46,194 nucleotides of DNA from a virus: IMG/VR virus record IMGVR_UViG_3300006467_000162; one strand, given 5' to 3'. The first letter of the stretch is position 1, and every line of letters starts with the position of its first letter. The notes beneath the pieces were generated by a model. The model saw nothing but the letters and a program-made list of their open reading frames with translations. It had not been told where the DNA came from and did not search any database. A program made the translations under genes and the position numbers. This document shows, piece after piece, positions 24,902 through 31,300 of this stretch.

Positions 24902-24932
24902 TTCGATCAACGATCTAGAGGTAAGCATAACC

Positions 24933-25118
24933 ATGAACGAACTCCACCGCAAGGCCCGAATAATGAAGCTCAGACTGAATGTCTGGCTTCGCTGGCTGGC
25001 CGTCGAGCTTGAGCCAGCCGGTAGTCAAGATTTCCGCCAAATAGCCAGCCGATATGCCGCCGCCAAGGGAGAGCTGAACAGAGCGCTTCTGAAAGAGCGT
25101 GAGGAGGGGCAGGCATGA
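24933..25118 (+). CDS. Small hypothetical protein
   Basis: 61 aa, with ATG after GAGGT. Stop overlaps the next ATG (ATGA). Confidence 0.5.
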   Translation: MNELHRKARIMKLRLNVWLRWLAVELEPAGSQDFRQIASRYAAAKGELNRALLKEREEGQA

Positions 25119-25591
25119 GCGATTACGGCTTTGTCTATGTGATGCACAACTTTGCCATGAACGGCGTTTATAAGATCGGCTTCACAACTAGGTCAGTTTT
25201 TAAGCGGGCGGAAGAGCTATCCGCAGGAGCTGGCGTAGCTGACGATTATTCGCCGGCTTACTATCTGGAAACCTCGGCGGTTCGTGAGCTTGAGTGCATG
25301 GTTCATGCAGATCTTGTTGAGTACCGGATTAACCCGGCGCGCGAGTTTTTTCGATGCCCGCTGAGCATGGCCATCTGGAGTATTCGGAAGAATACCGAAG
25401 ATGGTCTTGCAGAATATATTTCTGATATGGCGCTTGAGGCGCTAAATCCCGGCCAAGTCGATCCCCACAACCCTTTATGGTTCGAAGCATCACTATATCA
25501 CCCTGACCAAGTTGCAGTTTTTTCCCAGGGTCAAGCGCGAACAAATAGCCGCACAAAACTCTTTCAAATTGATGCATCTGGAGGTCAGTGA
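25115..25591 (+). CDS. T5orf172 / GIY-YIG-like domain protein
   Basis: GFVYVMHN..VYKIGFTTRSVFKRAEELS...HADLVEYRINPAREFF matches the T5orf172 (MUG113-like) pattern. Confidence 0.6.
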   Translation: MSDYGFVYVMHNFAMNGVYKIGFTTRSVFKRAEELSAGAGVADDYSPAYYLETSAVRELECMVHADLVEYRINPAREFFRCPLSMAIWSIRKNTEDGLAEYISDMALEALNPGQVDPHNPLWFEASLYHPDQVAVFSQGQARTNSRTKLFQIDASGGQ

Positions 25592-26412
25592 TGGCTAGAG
25601 CAAGAAATATCAAGCCCGGTTTTTGGCGCAATGAGGCGCTGGTTGAGCTTCCGTTTCAGGCGAGGCTTCTATTTATCGGCCTTTGGAATATGGCGGATCG
25701 AGAAGGTCGGCTCGAAAACAGGCCAAAGAAGATCAAGTTGGAAATTTTTCCGGCTGACGACGTTGATGTAAGCCTTGAAATTACGAGGCTTTCCGAGGCT
25801 GGCCTCGTAACGGTTTACCGCAACGAGAACAAAGACTGCATTGAAGTGGTCAACTTTAAAAAACATCAGAATCCGCATCACCGCGAACCGGCGAGTGAAC
25901 TGCCTGGCCCGCCAGAAAAAGGCCCGCAACCCCCTGAAAAGAAAGAAGCCTCGGAAAGCCCCGGACAAGCCCAGGGCCAGCCTGAGTATAGCCGTGCTGA
26001 TTCCGGATTCCTGAATCCTGATTCCGGATTCCTGAATCCTGAAAAACAACAAGGCTCCGCATCTTCGGATGCCTCGCCAGCCGAATCTGAATCACCGGCA
26101 GGCGTCAGAGATTTCCCCACCAAGGACGAAAAGCCCTTCCAGCTACAGGAATCTTTTGTCACCGAGCTGAAATCGACCTATCCACGGATTGACGTTGAAT
26201 ACCAGCTACAGAAAGCCCGCCTTTGGCTAATCGCAAACCCAGCCAGGCAGAAAACCAACCGGGGCATGACGCGATTCTTGAACAACTGGATGAGCAATCA
26301 GAAGCCGACCGCTGAGATCCACCCGATGCATAGCCGGCACAACGGCTTCGATGAGCGCGACTACAGCGAAGGATTGATTGAGGGGGTGTCCGATGACGCA
26401 GCCAATTTCTGA
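25591..26412 (+). CDS. Replication initiator / replisome organiser (lambda O analogue, putative)
   Basis: N-terminal ARNIKPGFWRNE..RLLFIGLWNMADREGRLE is the conserved phage replication-protein pattern. A Pro/Glu/Ser linker contains DNA iterons. It precedes the DnaC-like gene. GTG 25588 is an alternative start. Confidence 0.55.
   Translation: MARARNIKPGFWRNEALVELPFQARLLFIGLWNMADREGRLENRPKKIKLEIFPADDVDVSLEITRLSEAGLVTVYRNENKDCIEVVNFKKHQNPHHREPASELPGPPEKGPQPPEKKEASESPGQAQGQPEYSRADSGFLNPDSGFLNPEKQQGSASSDASPAESESPAGVRDFPTKDEKPFQLQESFVTELKSTYPRIDVEYQLQKARLWLIANPARQKTNRGMTRFLNNWMSNQKPTAEIHPMHSRHNGFDERDYSEGLIEGVSDDAANF
25997..26043. repeat. Tandem 21-bp repeat (2.2 copies), each containing the palindrome GGATTC-CT-GAATCC; candidate origin iterons
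   Basis: ctgattccggattcctgaatc is repeated exactly and followed by the A-rich gaaaaacaacaa. It encodes DSGFLNP twice in the initiator linker. Confidence 0.5.
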
Positions 26413-27226
26413 GCAGATTGAGAGCCTGGAAGATCGCCTAAACCGGAAGAACGGGCTTACCGACAAGCGCAAAGGCGAATGTGAGATTCATGGAGAGTTC
26501 GAAGATAAGCATTACTCCGGCGAAGGAAACATTGTTACGCCTGGGTGGGCTGGTTGCCCGACTTGCAAGAAGTTGCAGTGGGATGAAGAAGCCAGGCAGC
26601 AGGTCATCAAAGAAAACGCAGAGCGTGAGGTGCGGCGGATCAATTCAATGGTTGCTGATTCTGGCATACCTTCCCGCTTTCGGAAAAAGTCTTTCGATAA
26701 CTTTGAGGCAGTAAACCAAAAAGCAGCCAGCCATCTTGCCAAGGTTCGGGAATACGCGGATCTGATCTCAAAGGACGACCACGGCGGTCGCTGCCTGCTT
26801 ATGCTTGGCAAGGTTGGAAACGGGAAAACTCATCTGGCTTGCGCTCTGATCGAAAGCGTTATCCGGGAGACTCGCCAGCCATCGTACTACTGGACCTTCT
26901 CTGAGCTTGTCCGGTACGTGAAAGCGTCGTTTTCCAAAGGCGCGGAGCATTCCGAAGAAGATGCGTACAAGGATTTCGCCAAGGGCCGGTTGGCCGTTCT
27001 TGATGAAGTCGGTATGCAGAACTTCACGGAGTTCGAGCAAGCCGTGGCGTATGAAGCCATTAACGCCCGCTACCTGGCCGAGCGCCCCACCGTCCTGATT
27101 ACCAACCTGCAAGCCAAGGATCTGCCTCTGTGCGTCGGTGAGCGAGTCGTTGACCGTCTCCGCGAGGGTGGTGGCCGCGCCCTGGACTTTGATTGGAAAT
27201 CCTACCGGGTTGGGGGTGCGTCATGA
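26393..27226 (+). CDS. DnaC/IstB-like AAA+ helicase loader with N-terminal Zn-ribbon
   Basis: Walker A LGKVGNGKTHLA, Walker B LAVLDEVG, N-terminal CEIHGEF...CPTCKK. ATG follows GAGGGGG. Confidence 0.8.
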   Translation: MTQPISEQIESLEDRLNRKNGLTDKRKGECEIHGEFEDKHYSGEGNIVTPGWAGCPTCKKLQWDEEARQQVIKENAEREVRRINSMVADSGIPSRFRKKSFDNFEAVNQKAASHLAKVREYADLISKDDHGGRCLLMLGKVGNGKTHLACALIESVIRETRQPSYYWTFSELVRYVKASFSKGAEHSEEDAYKDFAKGRLAVLDEVGMQNFTEFEQAVAYEAINARYLAERPTVLITNLQAKDLPLCVGERVVDRLREGGGRALDFDWKSYRVGGAS

Positions 27227-27540
27227 GCCTGCATGAAATCTGCACTCTGTACCTGAAAGGCCGGAAGCTGCGCAGTCAGATCATTGAGCTTTCAAATCGC
27301 AGTCTGGCCAACAAGTTTGCACGCGGTGAAAAGACTATCGCCAAGGTGGCGAACGGGATGCCCTGCAATGTGCCTGAGGATGAGCGCCGCCTGATACTGG
27401 CCTGCATTGCCGAGCGCGACCGGCTGAAATTGAAAGCCTCAGAGCTTGGCCTGAACCGCCTGTGCAAACAGCACGGCTTTTCCCATCACACCGTTCTGCA
27501 ACAACTGGAGCGCATGGGTGAAAGGGAGGTTGCCGCATGA
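27223..27540 (+). CDS. Hypothetical protein
   Basis: Start at MSLHEICT (ATGA overlap with the dnaC-like stop). 105 aa. Confidence 0.5.
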   Translation: MSLHEICTLYLKGRKLRSQIIELSNRSLANKFARGEKTIAKVANGMPCNVPEDERRLILACIAERDRLKLKASELGLNRLCKQHGFSHHTVLQQLERMGEREVAA

Positions 27541-27638
27541 GAACCCCAGGCCAACACACCAAACTCGGCAAAGTCCTCCGCGCCATGTACCAGGCCGGTC
27601 CCATGACGGCAGGCGAGATCCGCAAGGAGGCGGCATGA
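27537..27638 (+). CDS. 33-codon ORF (MRTPGQHTKLGKVLRAMYQAGPMTAGEIRKEAA)
   Basis: ATGA overlaps at both ends (27537-40 and 27635-38). Too short for the supplied track. Confidence 0.35.
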   Translation: MRTPGQHTKLGKVLRAMYQAGPMTAGEIRKEAA

Positions 27639-28426
27639 CATGGCTATTCAGCAAAGCGCTCATGGACTCCGTGAACTTGCACTCTTCGCCGGAGCCGGTG
27701 GAGGCATTCTCGGAGGCCACCTACTCGGATGGCGAACCATCTGCGCAGTGGAGCGTGATGCCTACTCCGCAAGGGTTCTGGCGCAACGACAAAATGATGG
27801 ATGCCTCCCGACTTTCCCAATTTGGTCCGACGTTACGACTTTTGACGGAACAGCATGGCGAGGCCGTGTTGACGTTATTTCTGGAGGGTTTCCCTGTCAG
27901 GACATATCCAAATGCGGACCAGGTGCCGGTATTAGCGGAGCAAGATCCGGCCTTTGGTCTCAGTTCACTCGAATCATTGGCGAAGTTCGACCCGGAGACG
28001 TCTACGTGGAGAACTCCCCAGTTCTCACTTCTCGGGGATTGGGAGTTGTACTCGGAGACTTGGCCGCGCTGGGGTTTGATGCGAAATGGGGAGTGCTGGG
28101 CTCGCGAGACCTCGGCGGTGATCACGAAAGATTCAGGGTATGGATCTGTGCCAACGCCAACGGCGAGCATGGGCAGCCACGGAGTAGCTTGGGCACGGGC
28201 GAGAACTGGAGAGCACAGGTCAAATCTGGCGGATTATCTTGCCTGGAGGCATTTGCAAGAAGGCGGAGAAGAGACACCTGGCCTGGCGGTAAACCCAAGT
28301 TATGCCGAATTTCTCATGAACAGGCCTTTGGGGTGGACCGACTTAGAGCCATTGGAAACGGACAAGATGCGGTTGTGGCTGCAGCAGCATTCACCGAACT
28401 TTCGGGAAGGGAGTAACGCCGCATGA
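27635..28426 (+). CDS. 263-codon ORF in an alternative frame, completely overlapping the methyltransferase gene
   Basis: No stop across 792 nt. ATG lies 4 nt after AAGGAGG. ATGA coupling at both ends. Product contains SETWPRWGLMRNG, VPTPTA and NPSYAEFLMNRPLGWTD. Confidence 0.45.
   Translation: MTWLFSKALMDSVNLHSSPEPVEAFSEATYSDGEPSAQWSVMPTPQGFWRNDKMMDASRLSQFGPTLRLLTEQHGEAVLTLFLEGFPVRTYPNADQVPVLAEQDPAFGLSSLESLAKFDPETSTWRTPQFSLLGDWELYSETWPRWGLMRNGECWARETSAVITKDSGYGSVPTPTASMGSHGVAWARARTGEHRSNLADYLAWRHLQEGGEETPGLAVNPSYAEFLMNRPLGWTDLEPLETDKMRLWLQQHSPNFREGSNAA
27640..28416 (+). CDS. dcm: DNA (cytosine-5) methyltransferase, short-TRD phage type
   Basis: Motifs in order: LFAGAGGG (I), GGFPCQDIS (IV), VENSP (VI), HERFRVWICA (VIII), DRLRAIGNGQ (X). 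Confidence 0.85.
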   Translation: MAIQQSAHGLRELALFAGAGGGILGGHLLGWRTICAVERDAYSARVLAQRQNDGCLPTFPIWSDVTTFDGTAWRGRVDVISGGFPCQDISKCGPGAGISGARSGLWSQFTRIIGEVRPGDVYVENSPVLTSRGLGVVLGDLAALGFDAKWGVLGSRDLGGDHERFRVWICANANGEHGQPRSSLGTGENWRAQVKSGGLSCLEAFARRRRRDTWPGGKPKLCRISHEQAFGVDRLRAIGNGQDAVVAAAAFTELSGRE

Positions 28427-28611
28427 CCTGCACCTACTGCCAGCGAGGCATTCCACTACACAACGGCATTCACTGTGGCGAGTTCTTCATGGAGCGCTGC
28501 ACCAGAGAGCTTGAGCTTGTGCCGAAAGAGCATGAGCCGAGGGTGCGTGAGACATGGTATCGGCCTGAACTTCGGACTGATGTGCCTTTTGTGTGTGGAG
28601 GTGAGCGATGA
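28423..28611 (+). CDS. Small Cys-rich protein
   Basis: 62 aa, CxxC...C...C pattern. ATGA-coupled to the frame-2 ORF. Confidence 0.45.
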   Translation: MTCTYCQRGIPLHNGIHCGEFFMERCTRELELVPKEHEPRVRETWYRPELRTDVPFVCGGER

Positions 28612-28853
28612 ATATTTACTGCTTTAAGTTTGAGTGCGAATGTCCGAACAACCAACAGCGCATTGCGTACCGAGTCGAGATCCGCTCCGCGCAGACCATC
28701 ATGGTTGAGAACATCGCGGGATTCTTCCTGAGCTTCACAGCTGCCTACCAAGAGGACATTGCAGACCAGTCTTATCAGCGCTTTGGAGGGCAGCAAACGA
28801 TCAGCGCTCATCACCACGGCGTCGATATTGAGACTCGGAGGGGCTGGCAATGA
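28608..28853 (+). CDS. Small protein, possible T-fold/QueF-like (weak)
   Basis: 81 aa. FECECPNNQQ...VEIRS...VENIAGFFLSF loosely parallels QueF (CPxTxQPD...ESKSLKLYLxSF). Confidence 0.3.
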   Translation: MNIYCFKFECECPNNQQRIAYRVEIRSAQTIMVENIAGFFLSFTAAYQEDIADQSYQRFGGQQTISAHHHGVDIETRRGWQ

Positions 28854-29581
28854 TTCATTACCACGGATTGCCAGTTACTCCAGCCACAGCCGCCGCAAAG
28901 TTGCTACAGGGCCGCCATGCCTTTGTGTCCTTCATGCACTCGGACCAATTGGAGATTGCCGCCGAGCTTTGCCAGAGCTTCGCGGTGGATAACGGCGCCT
29001 TCACTGCCTGGAAGTCCGGCGAGGCAATCACCGACTGGACGCCATTCTATCAATGGGTAGACGGCCTGAAGTCACATCCCGGCTTTGACTTTGCTGTCAT
29101 TCCGGACGTTATCGACGGTGACGAAGTTGCCAACGATGACCTGATCCGCGAATGGCCACACGAAAAGCACTACTCCGCGCCAGTTTGGCACATGCACGAA
29201 TCCATTGAGCGCTTGTTCGACTTGGCTCACTTCTGGCCGCGTGTCTGCATTGGCAGCTCTGGAGCATTCTCGCAGATTGGCAATGCTCGCTGGTGGGCGC
29301 GAATCAGTGAAGCGCTTAATGCCATCTGTGATGAGCATGGCCGCCCCGTTACTCGATTGCATGGCCTCCGGATGTTGGACCCTGCTGTGTTCACCAAGTT
29401 GCCGTTTGCCAGCGCAGACAGCACGAACGTCGGGCGCAACATTGGTATTGATTCAGCCTGGAGAGGAACTTATCAGCCGCCAAGCAAAGAATGGAGAGCT
29501 GAGTTAATGGCCGCTCGAATCGAATCACACAACAGCGCAGAGCAGTGGAGCCGCGCACCGATTCAGGAGGCTTTAATATGA
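28850..29581 (+). CDS. DpdA-like (TGT-superfamily) DNA transglycosylase candidate
   Basis: Ordered motifs VDNGAF, CIGSSG, LHGLRML and SADSTNVGRN parallel phage DpdA (DSGAF, GVGSVC, LHGFG, SxDSxAW). From memory, not searched. Confidence 0.4.
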   Translation: MIHYHGLPVTPATAAAKLLQGRHAFVSFMHSDQLEIAAELCQSFAVDNGAFTAWKSGEAITDWTPFYQWVDGLKSHPGFDFAVIPDVIDGDEVANDDLIREWPHEKHYSAPVWHMHESIERLFDLAHFWPRVCIGSSGAFSQIGNARWWARISEALNAICDEHGRPVTRLHGLRMLDPAVFTKLPFASADSTNVGRNIGIDSAWRGTYQPPSKEWRAELMAARIESHNSAEQWSRAPIQEALI

Positions 29582-29823
29582 CAATCAGATTGTCCGACAA
29601 TCCAGTAGGACAACGTAAGCCAGCCTGCTTCAACCGATCCCGCTCTGCACTGAGTTCGCCCTACATCGTGCCTGACGGCTTCAAGGAGGACGGCTCAAAG
29701 CGTTTCAGTATTGTGAGGACGGCTTGGAATGAAGCGGCTTCAGGAGCGTGTCAGTACGCTCAGAGCGAAGAGGGCAAAGCAGACCGCGATTGTATGGGGT
29801 GCTTGTGGAGGGTGATCGAGTGA
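29578..29823 (+). CDS. Hypothetical protein
   Basis: Start at MTIRLSDN (ATGA overlap). 81 aa. Confidence 0.45.
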   Translation: MTIRLSDNPVGQRKPACFNRSRSALSSPYIVPDGFKEDGSKRFSIVRTAWNEAASGACQYAQSEEGKADRDCMGCLWRVIE

Positions 29824-30017
29824 ACAAAGACCTGAAAGAGTTTGCGCTTTCGATGGCTATCGTCATGCCGGCCATTGCGCTTGTGATTGTTGCCTCGTGG
29901 CTGCTGCGTGATCTGATCGGAGAGGGGCCGGCACTGGTGATTATGTGCATCGTCTGCTGGTTCACCGGCTACAAGTTCCTACCCTGGGTAGCGCAGAAAA
30001 CAGCGAGGTGGTTCTGA
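29820..30017 (+). CDS. Small membrane protein (2 TM)
   Basis: GTGA overlap start. Hydrophobic segments MAIVMPAIALVIVASWLL and LVIMCIVCWFTGY. Confidence 0.45.
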   Translation: MNKDLKEFALSMAIVMPAIALVIVASWLLRDLIGEGPALVIMCIVCWFTGYKFLPWVAQKTARWF

Positions 30018-30262
30018 TGACCAGTGAAGAAGCATTCGATGCCAGAACCATGCTGCTCCTCGATGGCCAGGAGCCCATGCGCTGCGAACAAATTGCCGAG
30101 GCGCTTGAGGTGACTGAGTTTGAGGCCAGACGTTCTCTGATTCGGCTGATGGATCGCGACCTGGTCTGGAAGCAGTATTTCAAGTCCGTTGCCGTGCCTG
30201 GGTTTTACTACCAGGAGCGCCAGCATGGGGGTTATTCGCCAAACGGAGGTAATGCGGCATGA
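30017..30262 (+). CDS. Winged-helix-like small protein
   Basis: MRCEQIAEALEVTEFEARRSLIRLMDRDLV is a wHTH-like pattern. TGATG coupling. Confidence 0.45.
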   Translation: MTSEEAFDARTMLLLDGQEPMRCEQIAEALEVTEFEARRSLIRLMDRDLVWKQYFKSVAVPGFYYQERQHGGYSPNGGNAA

Positions 30263-30486
30263 AAGCACCAACTAAAGATCAGTTGCAATCGTCGGAATCT
30301 TGGCCAGATGGAGCCACTCATTACAGCCCAGCATTGAATCGCTTTTTGCAGCGGGACTTTGGAGATTGGCTGGTCTGTCCTGCTTCGCGCAACGAAAAGC
30401 CGAAAAATAATTTTTGGGTGCAAGAGGTCGCTCAAGAAGAATGGTTCCACGGTCACCTGATTGAGCGGCCTAAAGGAGCGGCGTGA
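30259..30486 (+). CDS. Hypothetical protein (WPDGATHY motif)
   Basis: 75 aa, ATGA-coupled. Shares the P-x-GATH-aromatic motif with 32022..32624. Confidence 0.45.
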   Translation: MKAPTKDQLQSSESWPDGATHYSPALNRFLQRDFGDWLVCPASRNEKPKNNFWVQEVAQEEWFHGHLIERPKGAA

Positions 30487-30511
30487 TGGGACAGCCAGGG
30501 AGCCGATACGC

Positions 30512-30688
30512 ATGACCTTCTGGCTCCGCATCCTCTCCGACCTGATCCCGCTGCTGGCCAGCGTGACGTTAATTGTGGCCGGCGCTTACTGCCCGCTTTT
30601 GTACCGGAACGAGAGGTTGCTGATTGCCTACGGTGTTGGCGTGGTTCTGTTCTCCATCGGATTCAGTGCCATGTGGGTGAAGCCATGA
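30512..30688 (+). CDS. Small membrane protein (2 TM)
   Basis: ATG after AGGGAG. Hydrophobic segments LIPLLASVTLIVAGAY and AYGVGVVLFSIGF. Confidence 0.4.
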   Translation: MTFWLRILSDLIPLLASVTLIVAGAYCPLLYRNERLLIAYGVGVVLFSIGFSAMWVKP

Positions 30689-30960
30689 GAACCCAGACAA
30701 ACTGCAACCACATTTCCGTGACTGGTCACAATTTGTCTGATTCGCGGTTTGCCAGGTTTAACGGAGTATTCCCGAACAGCATCAAGACAGCCGTTGGATT
30801 CTTGCAGCCTGGGGCGCACCAGAAAACCAGCGGTGGAATGATTGATGGAAAGTTCCGGGTGTATTGGGTTAGCAGCCACAGAAGCCCGGCGGGTGTGAAG
30901 TACAACCGGCTGATGTGTTTACGCCGTCGGCTGTTCATTAATCGTGAACAACGCAATTGA
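30685..30960 (+). CDS. Hypothetical protein
   Basis: Start at MRTQTN (ATGA overlap). 91 aa. Confidence 0.4.
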   Translation: MRTQTNCNHISVTGHNLSDSRFARFNGVFPNSIKTAVGFLQPGAHQKTSGGMIDGKFRVYWVSSHRSPAGVKYNRLMCLRRRLFINREQRN

Positions 30961-31281
30961 GTGAACGGAGGAAAGCGCTTGAAAAGGTCCGGACCATCAT
31001 TCCGCCAGCAGAAGATCCCGCTGAAAGAGTGCCCCGACTGTTCAGGTCAGGGCATGGTTCAGGGCCTTTTCCACCAGATGCCATGCCCGGGATGCGAGAG
31101 CAGCGGGTTTGTCTGCAAGGAAACAGGCGCCACGTTACCGCTGGCGGATGTAGTGCTGCAGCTCCGACTGCTCTGCAACGAACTGGAAGATGAGCGGAGA
31201 GAGCTTCGGCGCAAGCTGTTCAAGCTTGATGACAGATCAAGGGGCCACGGCCCCATGGGAACGGAATACACAGGCGACTGA
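30961..31281 (+). CDS. DnaJ-type zinc-finger (CxxCxGxG x2) protein with a C-terminal coiled coil
   Basis: CPDCSGQG...CPGCESSG. GTG 30961, or TTG 30979 which follows a GGAGGA. Confidence 0.5.
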   Translation: MNGGKRLKRSGPSFRQQKIPLKECPDCSGQGMVQGLFHQMPCPGCESSGFVCKETGATLPLADVVLQLRLLCNELEDERRELRRKLFKLDDRSRGHGPMGTEYTGD

Positions 31282-31300
31282 ACCCACAGGAGGATCGCCC

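Noticed and set aside
25997-26043. Tandem 21-bp repeats as a CRISPR array or minisatellite.
   Set aside because: There are only about 2.2 directly abutting copies with no spacers, and they lie inside a coding linker. Origin iterons are the better interpretation.
27518-27634. Upstream 39 codons of the frame-B ORF (MKGRLPHENPRPTHQTRQSPPRH...).
   Set aside because: This stretch is Arg/Pro-rich and non-protein-like, and it overlaps the 27223..27540 gene and the 33-codon ORF. The ATG at 27635 behind AAGGAGG is the plausible start.
30957-31193. 78-aa ORF overlapping the zinc-finger gene in another frame. ORFs 31059..31391(-) and 31190..31300 were considered similarly.
   Set aside because: No SD or coupling is present and the composition is Arg/Pro/Ala-rich. 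The CxxCxGxG frame and the signal-peptide start at 31301 explain the region.
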